The notes under the pieces were generated by a model. That model had not been told where the DNA came from, did not search any database, and saw nothing but the letters and a program-made list of their open reading frames with translations. From contig NC_087438.1 of NCBI RefSeq assembly GCF_036321535.1, positions 7,442,001 to 7,506,000 of the forward strand: a stretch of 64,000 nt of DNA, written 5' to 3'. Positions 25,414 through 38,760 of this stretch are shown piece after piece. The first letter of the stretch is position 1. Each line of letters begins with the position of its first letter. This DNA comes from Camelus dromedarius. Lineage: Eukaryota. The position numbers were made by a program, and so were the translations under genes.

Positions 25414-27141
25414 GTCGTATTTATTTTAAGATGGGTGGCCCTTGAGCACAGCTACCAGCCTCTTGCTGCACAGTAGCTCCCAAACTCTAGTTTAAAACGT
25501 TTCTAGTTGATGTATCTGTGGCTGGGCTGGGGACCGGCGGACAGAGACTGCCTCCGTTCATGTGTCTGGGGTGAGCGGGGCCTTCTAGCTGTGGCAGCTC
25601 TGCTCTGTGTGTTCTCACCCTCTTCTTGAGACCAGCGTGCCAGCCCGGGCATGTTCTTCTTAGGCAGACAGCTGAGGCACAAGTGTCGGAAGGAGTCCCG
25701 CCGAGTGAGTGTGTGTCAAGCTTCTGCCTGCAGACATCCTATTGGCCAACGTTCTTCTTGCAGGACTTTGAGGTCACATGGCAAAGGGCAAGGTGAAGAA
25801 TTTAGACCACGAATATAATGTGATGGGAGTGAACTAAGGGGAGAGGTTGAAAAGAAAGAGGAAGTAGCTTGTAGCACAAATATATTCCTCAGAAGTCATG
25901 GGGAATGGCTTTAAAGCCCCGGAGGGCGAGGAGAGATGGGCGTCTTTAAATAGGAGAGGAGTCACCTTCCTTTTCACTAGCATGGGTGTGGGTGACTGTG
26001 GGGGGTGATGGGGGAAAGTTGAGGGGGTTCCCTTCTTGCGGTTTCAGTTCTCTCTGTGAAGAGGGAGTTGCGTCATCTCCTGGGAGAGGGGTTTGCTGTG
26101 AGCTGGGTGACTTAAGGGTGGGAAAGTTTGAAATTTCCCACATGGGGTTTGGAGGAGAGTGACTCAGTGGAAATCAAGGGTGGACCTGAGGCTTCTAAGA
26201 ATGCATAGACATTAACCTTTTTTCTTGAAAACCATGACAATTAACCAAAGGGTGCTTTCCTTGGCTTTGGTAACATAGGTAGATGGATAGATAGTCAAGC
26301 GTGGCTAGCATGGGTTTCTACCCCCATCGGCTCTCAGAGAAAATGCCACTGACCATCCAAAGCGAAGCCAGAACCCTGGGGCTATGGTTGTACCAGGAGT
26401 GATCGTTTTCTCTTTCTGTTACTTGGCTCGGTCAGGCAATCACCGAGGCCTGTCTGTTTATGAGTGCTTTGTGTCAGCATCTCCTCTCCATCCACCTGGC
26501 CTTCCCAGGGTCCATCCTGGCGTCCAGCCGCCATCGTCTGTGCCCACCACAGCCTCCTGGTGAGCTTCCTGCACCACTGGTGAGGTTTGTGGATGGCGTG
26601 GAGAGGCTCCACCCCCGGCAGCCAGCTGAGAATTATTGTCCCTCTGCTTCACTCTTGTCGAGTGGCCCTGTCCTGAACCTCCTTTCATGAAATACACTTT
26701 CAGTTTTAGAATAGTTCAGACTTACAAACCGCAAAGATTGTGCACAGAATCCCTGTGTTACCCACGCCAGGCTTCCCCTGTGGTTAGGGTCTTATATTTG
26801 GAGGATACATTTGACAAAACAAACAAACCCACACTGATGCATTTTTAATATTAACTCAGGTCCATTTTTATTTGGACCTCCTCGGTTTTTTCCCAATGTC
26901 TCTCTTCTGTTCCACCATCCCAGCTAGGATCCCACGTGATGTTGAGTTGTCATGTCCCCTTAGCTCCTCTTAGCTGTGACAGTTTCTCAGACTTTTGGGG
27001 AAAACTTGTCAGGTAGTCTGTAGAATGTCTACCTCAATCTGTGTGTGTCTCATTTTTTTAATGATTAGACTGGAGTTACAGGTTTTTCAAAGGAGGACCA
27101 CAGAGGAAAGGACCACTCTTATGACATCATATGAAGGATTT

Positions 27142-27595
27142 TGTTAAAATGAAAAGAATATCCAATGACACCTGTTACAGATGGTAAGGCAGACTTGATT
27201 CAGAATTGTTTCCATTGGTATAAGGACCATCGCAATGGGACTTTGCAGTGGATGAGAGAGACTGGGCTCAACTCTTGAATACAGCAAGGGCCAGTGGGGA
27301 TTTATAGCCAACGGGCAGGGTAGGGGTCTGTGGATGGAAAATTACTAAGAGGAAATATCAGGGAGATTCTGGCCAAAGCGACCTAACAGGATTCTTGCTG
27401 AAGACAGGCCAGGGTGATCAGATATCACCTGGGGGATGGTGGAACTGATCAGATACCAAGGGTGGAGTGTTCTGGTTAAACTGACTTATGAGCTGGGTTC
27501 TTGCTAAAATGAGATTTTACCAGGAAGTGCATAGATGGGCCTGGGAGGAATTCAGGAGCCCAGCTAAAGTTTGATCGAGCAGAGAATCGTTACCA
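27142..27595 (-). mobile_element. MER31-like LTR nested in an old L1 3' fragment (~26690-27850, - strand)
   Basis: GGGCTCAACTC...GGGATTTATAGCCAA...GGATGGAAAATTACTAAGAGG block; the flanks resemble an L1MC 3' end. Confidence 0.65.
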
Positions 27596-27869
27596 GCACA
27601 TGCTGTGGGCCTGCCTTATCCCTGTGGGCCTGGACCACCAGGTTGAGGTCGTGCTGGCCAGGCTTCTCTGCTGTAAGATGACTCCCCCCTCCCTCCTTCC
27701 TCCGGTCTGCTCTTTGGAAGGGGGGGTCTCTGTGCACAGCCCGGAGTTAAGGAGCGAGTTGCTGTGTTTCATCTCCTTGGGAGTAGAGCACACACCTAAA
27801 TTCCTTGAAATTTTTCTGCCGGGAGATTTGTCCATCAGGCACTTTTTATACAACCCCTATCTCCTGTCA

Positions 27870-28030
27870 TTTCCACAGTGGTGAGGTTGATATTATCCCC
27901 CATTTTCCAGATGAGTCAGTAGAGACTCAGTGCAGTTGACTTACCTTCCTAGGGTCACCCAGATTTTAAATGGCGGGTTGGGAACTTGAACTTGGGAGTT
28001 CTCAGGGCCAACTCTCTTAAGTACTGAGTT
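27870..28030 (-). mobile_element. MIR SINE remnant
   Basis: ATTATCCCCCATTTTCCAGATGAG...AGACTCAG...AGGGTCACCCAG core. Further MIR-like cores near 32180-32230, 33890-34110 and 52830-53000. Confidence 0.65.
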
Positions 28031-30032
28031 CTCCATTTACACTGCCATGTAATTACCACACGGAAGCTAGTTCATCAAGAGTTAACTGATTCCCTGGGCC
28101 ACTTGTGCCCTTCTCTTAGGCAGGTTACGGCTCATGGGGCTGGGGTGGGTGTTTGGGGGCTCAGTATGGTCAGCCCACACTTTAAGTCCACTCTGAGGAC
28201 TTCAGGAGCCAAATCCTATTCCATAAGGTCAAAATTGGACTAGAGTCAAGCTAGATTTCAGAATGAGGCACGTTTGGGTTCTGTTACACGAGGAAGGCTA
28301 TGTTCTCTCTAGTATCTGTCATCCAGCTAGCTAGCTGTCTCACTAAAGAAAAGGAAGGCTCATTTTGGTTAATTGTCACGGTTTTTAAGAAGAAAGGTTA
28401 ATACCTATTCATTCTTAGCAGCGTTGGGTCCACTCTTCATTTCCGTTGAACGAGGTCATCTGCAGAATAAGCGGTTATTCTGTCATCCTGGGAAAGACAG
28501 TGGTGCCGAGGGTGCTTCCGTGGGTCACTGACAGCTCAAGCCAGGGGTCAGAGTAGTCAGAATGGGTGGGCTGCATGCTGGTTTTTCTGACCTCAACGTA
28601 AGACGCGGGACTGATCTGTATAATGGGCTGTTAGCTTTGTGGATTGTCAACTTTCGTCTCCCACCTCTTCGCAGTGTTTAGGACATGTCACTGCAGAGGA
28701 AATCCTGCTGAAAATTGAGAAGGACACGCTCCTTCACGATTGTAAAGAAACGGCTCTAAAAGAATTGCGATGCGTTGCACCATGACCCTGGCTTGATCTA
28801 AGTGACAGATGCCACAAAGTGTTTAGCTGGATGACGAGCCCAAAATGAAAGCCCCACCCCCACCCTGCCCACAACACACACACGGATTAGAGCAGATAAG
28901 TGGCTTTAGGGCCCCACAGCTAGCATCCGTCTACGGGGGGTGGGGGGAGGGGGGGCTGTAGATGACAGCAGAAGGCAAAGTGATGTGAATGAGTCAAAAT
29001 GCATCAGCTGCTGCTCGAACCTGTGGGTCACGGGGCCGGAGGGTCACACCCATTTGTGTCTGGCTTGTTAACCCCGCAACATGATCACATGAATCAGTGC
29101 TTCTCTCAGAAAGTGAGAAAGGTACATGTTTGTGTAGCTTTGAATTTTTGCGGTGAGTTTAGGAGATGGGCTGAGGTCTGTGATGAGCAGAGGACACTGC
29201 TTCTGGAAGAGTCCACATGCTAATTTTTATCACTTATTTGTAACTTGGAAGTTGATGAGAAAGATGCAGTTTTGCTGGGCGGTGTCTGGGTGCCATGCAA
29301 GGAGGGAATTTGGGTCCCTGCCTGATGGTCGTCTCGCCAGGGTGTGATGAAAGGACAGCCCCCACCCTGGGAGGACTTAAGGTGGGGCATGCACGGCGGC
29401 ACCGGCAGGAAGGGGATCGAAGGCCCAGGAGGCGTCGCTGCAGCAGGGAGGGGATTCTCCGAGATGCTGGATGCTGTGCTGAGGGCCTTGGCTCCCTCCG
29501 CCTCCCAGTCTGCAGAGCAAGGTGACCGAGCCTTGGGAGGCCCCTCGTGTCTCGGGGCTCCCCGCCCTCTGGAGGAGGCCTCACCTCCTCTGCCATGTCT
29601 CACATCGCACCCAGCACCCTTCCCGAGACCAGCCGGGAAAGGAGCCTCAGGGGCCCTGGCTTCCCTGTGGGGCAGAGGCCTCCCTGCGGGGAGCAGGGAG
29701 TGCAGTTAAACGTCCACCAGCTCCACACCAGCGCCCCCGACTGTGGGTGTTTCCAAGGCACGTGCACTGGGTGGGGGTTGGGGGGCGGAGTTTGGAGCTG
29801 AATCCTCAGCATATGAGGATGGAGACTGGGCAGCCAGGCCCCCCAGCCGGGCTCAGGAGAGAACTTCTGCAGGTTGCTAATACCCTAAAGGGTGTTAGCC
29901 ACCACCAGAGGGGTCAGGATGGAGAAGGCAGCCAGGAGGCAGGCTGGAGGGTGCAGGGGCCAGGGTACAGGGAAGCAGGGGAGCTCCCTCTCCCCTCCTG
30001 GTCCCGAAACAGTGAGGTCTGAGCCTCCAGCT

Positions 30033-30250
30033 CAATGGTTTCAACAGCAGTGATTCCGCACCCACAGGGGACACTCAGCAATGTCTGGAGGTGTTTTTGG
30101 TTGTCAGACCTGGGAGGGAGGGCACAGTAGCTGCCGGCATCTGGTGGGTGGCGCCCAGGGGTGCTGCTGTCCGTCCTGCGGTGCCCAAGACAGCCCTATG
30201 ACAAGGAACAGTGCGGCTCTGGGTGTCAGCAATGCCGGGGACGGAACCCT
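30033..30250 (+). mobile_element. MER20
   Basis: GGGGACAC..GCAATGTCTGGAG.TGTTTTTGGTTGTCA...GGCATCTGGTGGGTGG. Confidence 0.7.
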
Positions 30251-30650
30251 CCTCTGAGGGACTGAAGGGTCTAAGGGGAGGATGGCGTGTCATTTCACAT
30301 GAGGACTTGAGCAGTGTGGCCAGTGGGCCTCGGGCAGCATGGATAATTGACCCAGGAGCCTCTTCCCATGGCCCAGAGCCTTCTGTGGGAGGAGCTCTCT
30401 GCTCCATTTTGGTTTTGCATGGGCGAGGCTGGAGAATCTGGGAACACTGCTCTCACATGTGTTCTCCTTAGTCACTGCAGTCTAAGAGCACGTGGGCTTT
30501 TTGAAAATCCTCTGGGGATGAGCAGAAAGTCAGGCCCTTTTGGAAGTGCAAGGTGATGAAGGCGAGAAATCCGTATTCTCAAATGACTGTCCTTAACTGC
30601 TTGGGTTTATGGCTGAGGGTCTGGGTAGTCACACTGCCTGTATTCCCTGC

Positions 30651-30653
<3 letters not shown>

Positions 30654-30721
<68 letters not shown>
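30654..30721. repeat. (TG)16(AG)18 compound microsatellite
   Basis: Directly visible. Confidence 0.95.
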
Positions 30722-30724
<3 letters not shown>

Positions 30725-31264
30725 AGTAGCAGGGTGGCAGCGTGCACTGGCATACCGTGTTGCTATTATGATGAGATGATGTCTTTTCTCCTCCCTGAAT
30801 CTCTGAAGCCCCGGAGTTCCAGGGAATGGCTTCAAGTTTCATTTCCCGTTTTGCACCTGCTTGCGTTGGCATCTGCAGGGAGCTGACAGCATCCAGGACC
30901 ACCCCCTGACCAGGCAGTGTCTGCATGGGGCTAGCTCTGCATTTTCACACGCCATCCCTGCAGCATCCTTGCCCACCATGTTCCCTCTTTAACAGGTTGA
31001 CAGGACAGCTGGGTTTCCAAGTGGGTTGGCAGAGGGAACAAGAACCGGAGGCAGCCACACCATGGCCAGGGCGGGCCTGTGTTTCCTGCACTCGTGAGAA
31101 TTACTTCTTGCAGCCTGAGAGGCAAACACATCCCCCCCCCCCCAGACAGGCTGGCCCTGGAGTTTGGCCATGCAACATTTCTCTCTCTCTCAGCAGGAAG
31201 GCCTCTCTGGAAGGCGCGCTCTTTGTGGAGTGTGGTTAATGCACGTGTGCAATTCTCTTCGCAG

Positions 31265-31405
31265 GACACGTCACCATCACCAACTACTTGTTGAACTATT
31301 TCCCCGGCCTTGACCTTGAAAGGAGGAATGATTTTGGGTTCACGGCCCTGATGAAAGCCGCCATGCAGGGCCGAACGGAGTGCATCCGAGCCCTGATGCT
31401 AGCAG
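31265..31405 (+). CDS. ANKRD33B: ANKRD33B coding exon 3, 141 nt; (G)[46 protein letters not shown](G)
   Basis: Acceptor ttctcttcgcag|GA; donor GCAG|gtacg; ankyrin consensus [12 protein letters not shown]...CIRALM; phase 1-1 symmetric exon in frame with its neighbours. Confidence 0.95.
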
Positions 31406-32689
31406 GTACGCCCCCACCTGTCCTGTGTGGCCCTGCGGTCCCGGGAAGTGCCGGGTTTGCTCCTTTAAGGAATAAATGTGTGTGGAAGGGAGGCATCACC
31501 CCCTAGAACCAGCCTAGTGTATGGCTGTCATCATTCGCGCTGAAACAAACAAAAGCGAAAGCACCTGTTTCCAGGGCGGGTGGGAGGTCGCAGCACTGGT
31601 CACCCCACAGGACAGCCCTCCTTGTCCCCTGTGGGCTTCTTCCTGCCTGTATTTGTTCTTCTTCAGAACTGTGTGGTCTGGTCTTGGCTCTGAGTGGCAA
31701 GACGGTCCTGTTGAAGGTGGGCAAAGTAGAACAAGTCAAAGACGTGCGTCAGAGTGTTATGTCTGCCCCTTCCGGAGGGACCAGGGGTCCTGTGACTCGT
31801 GCTAGCCGTTAACTGCTCCAGGCTGCTCTTTGAAGCTTTGGGAAGGACACTAAATAAAGCCTTTTTTCTACAAAAAAGAAACAGGGGACACGGAGGGGCT
31901 TTTGTACCTGGGAGGCCCTGCAGGGTCCTGCTAGGTTTCAGTCCCCCTTTTTCTTTGATACCCATCAATCCTGAGGGGAACAGGGGTTGGGGAACAACAA
32001 AGGGATTACAGTTTTGGGTAGAGAAGTTAATCATAAGCCGGGGTGGCAGGGGGACTCGTGGAATAGGGGTCTCAGTCTCAATGCGTGGCCGTTTCCTTCT
32101 ACGCTGTGTCACCGAGTGGAACATTCTGGGGCTGCAGCCCCCCTTTGCCCTTTGCGGCCTCCTTATCTTGGAGGAAGCCCTTCCTTCTCTGAGCCTCCCT
32201 GTCCTCATCTGTGAAATGGGGGCAGTGACTTCTTCCCACCGCCCTGAGGATGAACCACGACACCACTTTGTAAACTCTCTGACAGGTTGAATGAATTACG
32301 AAGCTGAATTGCCCGCGACTGTTCTCCAGTTTTTCTCTTTCACTCTAAAGTGGAATCAGTGATCATCTTTCCAGCACAACCTTCTTGAGTTATTCTGAGA
32401 ATTAAACGAGGAAATGTACGTGAAGGGCTGGGCGCCGCGGGAGCATCTGACCCCTCAGTCTCACTCAGTGGGAGATGCTGATGTCACATTATTTAATTTC
32501 ATTACCTTAATTTATTTTGGTTTTGTTCTTGGCACTGGGTCCAGGCATTCATTCTATGTGCTCCCAGAGGGGTGGCATTCCCCCATCTCAGTATCTTGAG
32601 GACAGAATTAAAATTCTTCCAGGCATCAGTCTAGACCAGCAGTTCTGTTTAGGCAACTTGCTGCTGCTGCTTTTTTTTTTTTAAATAAA

Positions 32690-33110
32690 ATTTATTTTAT
32701 TAAAAATAGAATCTTCTATTTAAAACAAAATCTATTTTGGAATAACTTTAGGTATATGGAAAAGTGACAGAATCGTAGAGAGAGCGCACACTCAGCCCTC
32801 ACTCAGCGCCCTGTGTTAACATCTTACCAAGAGGCTGAAGCTACACACGACTAGTCAGTAAACCCCAGGCTTTATTCAGATTTCATCAGTTCTTCCATTA
32901 ATGCCCCCTTTCTGTTCCAGCATCACAGCCTGGCTCCCACATTTAGTTGTCCCATGTCCCCAGTCTTTTCCGGTCCCCAGAAGTTTCTCAGTCTTTACTC
33001 CTTGTTCATGACAGGGTTTTGACACCCACCAGTGAGTCGTGTCCCCTAGTCTGAGGCCATCTGTCCTTTCACTCTTGATTAGATCAGGGTATAGGATTCA
33101 CAGCCTGCGT
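32690..33110 (-). mobile_element. L1MC-like 3' end fragment
   Basis: TATTTTGGAATAACTTTAGG..., TTATTCAGATTTCATCAGTT..., TTTCTGTTCCAG, ATTTAGTTGTC..TGTC motifs, shared with the 26690-27130 fragment. Confidence 0.55.
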
Positions 33111-34237
33111 TGGATTGTTTTTCTCTCTTGCTTCAACTGGAGGGCGTCAGGGGATGCTGTAAGAAAAACAAATTCAGTAAGCGAAGATGGAGGCTTCGAA
33201 GATGAAAACCTTCTTGGCAATAAAAAAAGATCCTCATTAAAATTAGTCCTATTGATTGTGCTGTTGACTCAGCGACGGTGTCATTTTCTTTAAAGCGGTT
33301 GCCAGTTTCTGGGGAGTTGAGGCCCTGCGGGTCCTGGATCAGCGGCGTCAGTGAGGGGCGGCACCTCCCAATTAGGGGACTCTGCCGCTTTTGTGTCTGA
33401 GAGGCACTTCCCCTGCTTTTGCTGCTTCTGGATATCATTATAATTGAGTGTAGATTTTTAGCAATTTACTTTTACAACCAAAACTTACGATGTCAATCCA
33501 GGCGTTTTCCCCCGAGAATCTGAATTACAAACCCTTCTGTTTCTAGGCCAGTTGCCTTCCAGTCACTCTGGAAGTGCGCAGGGCTTGCTGTCATTCTTTT
33601 CCCTGGTCTGGTGGAGGTTTCAGGCCTTTACAGGATCACAGAACCACCTTTCAGATCTCACAAGAGGTGGTCTCACTGCTTAGGGGCAGCGTCCAGTGCT
33701 AACGGGTTTTCTCCCCACTCAGTTATTTGGGTAACAAATTTGGCATTAGGTTTTATATACCCTCCCTCTTCTGTTTCCTCCTCTGTGAGCACAACCCCAG
33801 CAAAGCCTAGAAGTACCCACACGAGTGCAGACCCAGGGCGGCCATCCCTGAGCTGCACGTGGTCAGAGCAGAAGGACACATACAACCAACTTGGAAATCA
33901 GGATCCCTGGTCTCAAACTCCAGCTCCTCCACTCAGCCTCTCTGTACTCCAGGCCAGTCCCCTCCTGCTTGGGCTGGGCCCCTCTTCTGTAAAATGCGGT
34001 GAATGTCAGTAGCTTGCGCAGGAGGTCAGGCCGGGGGCTGAATGGGTTCACGGGTGGACGGCCCTAGGATGCGTGCCTGGTGTGGAGGGAGCGCACAGTC
34101 AGTGTTGTCATTATTGTTACGGGGGGATTTCGGTGTTCAATGATTATTATGTGAACGAAAACCTATGGTATGTTTTTCCCTTTGAAAAATATCTTGTGGT
34201 GAGATGCTTCTCAAGGGGGATAGCAAACATGTAAGGT

Positions 34238-34431
34238 GAGGTTTCTTAATCCTGGCACTGCTGGCGTCTGGGGGCAGATAATTCTTCCTGGGGCTCGTAG
34301 GGTGTTTAGCAGAACCCCTGAACTCTGCCCGCTAGGTGATGTAACACCCCCCAGTTTTGACCACCGAAAATATCTCCATGCGATGTAGAGTGTCCCCTGG
34401 TGGGGAAGTCGCCTCTTGCTGAAAACCGCGG
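34238..34431 (-). mobile_element. MER20
   Basis: GGTTTCTTAATCCTGGCACTGCTG..GGGGCAGATAATTCTT...GGGTGTTTAGCAG. Confidence 0.7.
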
Positions 34432-36849
34432 ATGTAACTCATGTAAATGGGAAACAATGGAAGAAGTGCAAAGAGAATCTGTCCCTCTTACATGCAGCCC
34501 TCCTTCCAGCTTGTTCCGTATTCCTTCTCAGAACAAAAATCTGACACCTCTCTCAGGCGGCTTTTGAGCTGCCCACTAAGGCTGTCCTTGTCCAGCTCGT
34601 AGAATATTTTCATTTTCTACTATTGCCTTTAGCTTATACTTTTTCCCAGGAAAGTGCATTACATTCTCCTTTCTCAGTAGATGTGTATATGTTTTAAAAG
34701 AAAAAAACAACATGTGAGTGAATGTCTTCCCTGGGTGTGGTACATAGCAATAAGGACACCTGAGATATTTAAACAATTTAATAAAAATATTAAACAATGT
34801 TTTGAAGTCTTATTTCCATTTGAATGTATCAATATTAAGAAAAACTAAAGCCTGTGAAGATCACCAAATCTGGGCATTTCTTTTGGAAATTTCTTTTATG
34901 TCCACTTGAGAAAGGTACCGTGAGAGCAAGTCACAGAGTGGTCATCCCGTGGTCATTCTAAATCAAAAGGCACAGCATGATAACATGTTAATGCTTAGGG
35001 TGAAATGTGTATCACCGTCTCCTCTCTTTTTTTTTTTTTCCAGTGCAGTATTCTTCTGTACCTGAGTGTACTTCTGCACCTGGGTTGGATTTCCGAGTCG
35101 CGATTTCATTATAGTCAGCAAGAACCATTTCCTTTTAGGAACGATGAGTTGCTGAGTTGGATGCCCTCCTAAAGTCTACAGACTTTCCAATAGCTCATAA
35201 TCTATATGCGCTTACCAGCTCTTCTCTAACCTTGTCAGGCAGAACGGAGTAACGTTAGAATTACCAGAGCTTAGGCTTTGAATAAAACTAAAACCAGGTT
35301 CTGGAAGGTTGACTTATTGGCTCTTTGGTTTTTGGCTTCACAAGGGACAATGCCGACTCTGCTGGTAAAAGTCACAAGGGTGCGGGGTTGCGGCGGGAGA
35401 GCTGCAGAAGCTTGTTAATTCAGTGGAATATTAACATCCCAAAGTGGCAGGTCTATTTAAAATAGAGTGGCTCTGAGAAGCTGTGTGGAGGTTTTCTCTG
35501 AAGGGAAGCAGAACTCAGAGAAGGTTGGGAGATTTCACACTGGCTCAAGAGAGCTGGCTTTCCAACCTGAAGTGTGGTGTGTGTGCTGCCACGTTTGGGA
35601 AGCAAACGAGCAAACAGAGACCTTGAATCTCCCCGTGATTGCGGGGATCAAAGCAGACAGAAAAGAGGGTGTAAGCGGCTTGTGTAATGAACAGAGCAGA
35701 GGCACCCCCACTGCTGACTGTGTGGTCATCCTTGTCCGAGGCAAGCCCTGACTGTGTGTTTCTGGAAAGCCCTGAGGATATGGTATCACTCCAGAGGTTT
35801 CTTTCTGTTTATAAAAGAAAACATGAATTTCCTGTGACCTAAGAATTCGCCACGTTGGAATAGTTTTAAGTTATTAGTCAGAGAAAGGGCTCAGAGGCAG
35901 GCATTCCATCCTACTGAGGGCACTGTCTTAGCCTGGGCCCCATGAAGGCAGACTCTGAGACCAGCTAGGGGCAAGGAGTCGTTCTGGAAAGCAATGCTGG
36001 GAAGCCGGCGAGGGGTGAGGAAGCAAGACCAGGAATTCTGGAAAACTAACTACAGTGAGCTCAGTAGCCCATTACCCTGCGGGCAAATGGGAGTCAACCT
36101 GGCTGAGACCCTGGGAAAGACTGGAATGCCTGGGGGTGGTGTGGGTGGGGCGAGAAGTAGTAGATATACCCCACGTGCCCAAGATACAGGCCAGAGGTGG
36201 CACAGGAGGCCTGCAAGGACCAGTCGACCACAGGGGTCCTGTGTGACCGGGAAGGCCTCTTGGCGGGAGAGGGAGGGACCAGAGCTGGGCTTGGAAGGGC
36301 AGGTAAGCTGGGTGGGGTGAGGGCTTGCAGAGAAATAGAAAAGGAAGTGATGCATCCGGGGCTCTGCCTGCCTCCGGCTGGTCCTGCGTGGACCTGGCCT
36401 TGACTCTTGGGGGAAGCACCCTATGAACGAGTGATAGAAAGTAGATTGTTTTTTAGAATTTAGAGTGCTTTCTGCTTCCAATAACAGAAACCTTGACTTG
36501 GCAGTGGCTTAAAGAAAATAATCACCTGTCTATTTGTCTCAGCTCACTAGGAGTCTTGAGGTTGGCAGTCACCGTGAAGAGCTGACCCCAGATTCCATGA
36601 GGACACCACAGACCCAGGTTTCTTCCTCTTGTGTACCCAGCTTCCCACACGCCCCCCTCCGACTCCCCACTTTCCTGCTTGTTGACTGGTCACCTCGTGA
36701 TCGCCAACATCGGTCCCTTTGATCAGGATGCAGCAGCCTTCTCTTTGGGGCTCGCTGACCAGCGGTAAGGGAGGCTGGGAAAGCAGGGAATAAGATGGCA
36801 AGTCATACAGGTTAGATGAATAATCCTTACTGGGGTGGAGATGTGTGTG

Positions 36850-37008
36850 GTTCCCCGGGGACATTTTTGACTGTCACAGCTGGTCAGGTGCTACTGGCAT
36901 CTAGTGTGCAGAGACCAGGGGTGCCACTGGAAGTCCCCCAGTGCACAGGACAGCCCCCGCAGCAAATGGTGATCTGGCCCTAAATGTCCGCAGTGCCGAG
37001 ACTGTGGA
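36850..37008 (+). mobile_element. MER20 (partial)
   Basis: GGACATTTTTGACTGTCACA...TGCTACTGGCATCTAGTG...GTGCACAGGACAGCCCCC. Confidence 0.75.
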
Positions 37009-38239
37009 ACTCAGGATTAGACCTGTCAGGGTGCATTGCCTAGAACTGCACCTTGCTTGAAACAGAGGATTCTGTGCAGACGGCTCACAGCGCTGAGTAT
37101 GGCAGCAAGTGGACTCACTGGCAGGAGCCCAGCTCTTGTCTGTGTGGCTGGAGCCCTGGGCGAAACAACAGAGGGAAGGGGGTGAGGATGCCAGCCGTCT
37201 CACGGGCAGAAGACATGTACCCTGGCCTTTTAGAGATGCTCCATGTTCTCTGAAAGGTATGTGTGTGAAGTGCTAACCATTGGCGCTTGTGTTTCATGAT
37301 TTAATGACTGTGTCCAGGCCTTTCATATTACCCTTAATGGTAATTTCTTAAGGAAGTGAACCCCTTATTTATATCCTGACTCAGATTCTCGGGCCGCATT
37401 ACAGTCAGAATGGCCTTTGTTCCTTGGAGTCTCTGTATTTTCCGAGGTTGTTTTGGAAAGGAAGAGGTGTGCTAAACTTTTGACAGCTGTTCCTTTAGTT
37501 TTCCATTAGCATTTGAAAAATGTCTCTTTCAAGCCATGTTCATTAAGATTTTAATTTTGCAGTTTGTTCCTTTTCAAGTGACATGCAATTAATTAAGGTT
37601 TAATGTGTCATCTATTTTTTGCAATGACATTTTTACTGCCCCCTTTCCCTTTTAGTCAGTTTATAAATTGTCCTCTAGCTAATGAGTTCCATCCTGATTT
37701 CCAGTTCCAAATAATTACTACTCTCCTAAGATGGCTGTTCTTTAATGTGTCACAGAATTAAGAGCATTGCCAGGTGAACTCAGGTGAGCTGTGGGTCTGC
37801 CTGGGCCATGGGGCCACTGGGGGCTGCGGGGCAGGGAAGCCTGAGCCCCCCTGCTCCCCTCCCCTGGTTCAGCACATTCTCACCAGTCATCACACCCGGG
37901 GCTGAGCGGGATGTAAATGCAGAAGACTCTGCCGGGCTTGGCCCTCTGGAATTTGCGGACTAGATAATTGCCCTGCTTCCCCACATTGCTTTGCCAGTGG
38001 AAATATGACCAGTGGGACTTGAAATCCTGAATGAGTTTTAACTGTAGATGGGGCTGAGATTGGACCAGGATGAACTGAACAGCAGTTCCTTATTAATTTC
38101 TATTTTACTGCCACGCTGAAACGTATGAACATTCCATCAGGCTGGGCTGAAGTTTACCTTTGCAATGTTAGGAGGGGGTAGGGGGTGGTGTGGGGGAGAT
38201 TTACTAAGGAAACGACTCTTGTAAGGGAGACTGTGAGGA

Positions 38240-38760
38240 TGTAGGAGTCACTTTTCCAAAAGTCAGAACCAATGGGAGGCACATACTAAGAGAGTTATCT
38301 GAGGGAACTGGCTCACGTGATTCGGGGGGTGGGTAAGCCTGGAATCTGTAGGACCAGCCAGTGGGCTGGAAACGTGGGCAGCAGCGGATGCTGCTGTCTT
38401 GAGGCTGAATTCTTTCTTCTCTGGGAAAGCTCAGCTTTGGCTCCTAAGGCCCTCAGCTGGTTGGATACAGCTCATGTTTTTGGTGATAATCTCCTCGTTG
38501 TGGGGAGTGATGGAAATGTTAGCTAGCTTGATTGTGGTGGTGGTTTCATGGGTGTCTACATCTATCAAAATTCATCAAATTGTCCATCTGGAATATGTAG
38601 TTTACAGGAACCATACCACAATAAAAGTGTTTAAAAAAAATAAAGTCAACTGCTTATGGATGCTAAGTGTATCTACAAAAGACCTTCACTGTCGGCCAGA
38701 TTAGAGTTTGATTAAATCCCTGAGTACTAGACCCTGGTCATGTTGACACAGAAAACTGTC
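38240..38760 (-). mobile_element. MLT2-like LTR with a nested L1 3' end (~38500-38640)
   Basis: CAGAACCAAT..GGAACTGGCTCACGTGATT motifs; the insert ends CAATAAAAGTGTTTAAAAAAAA. Confidence 0.55.
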
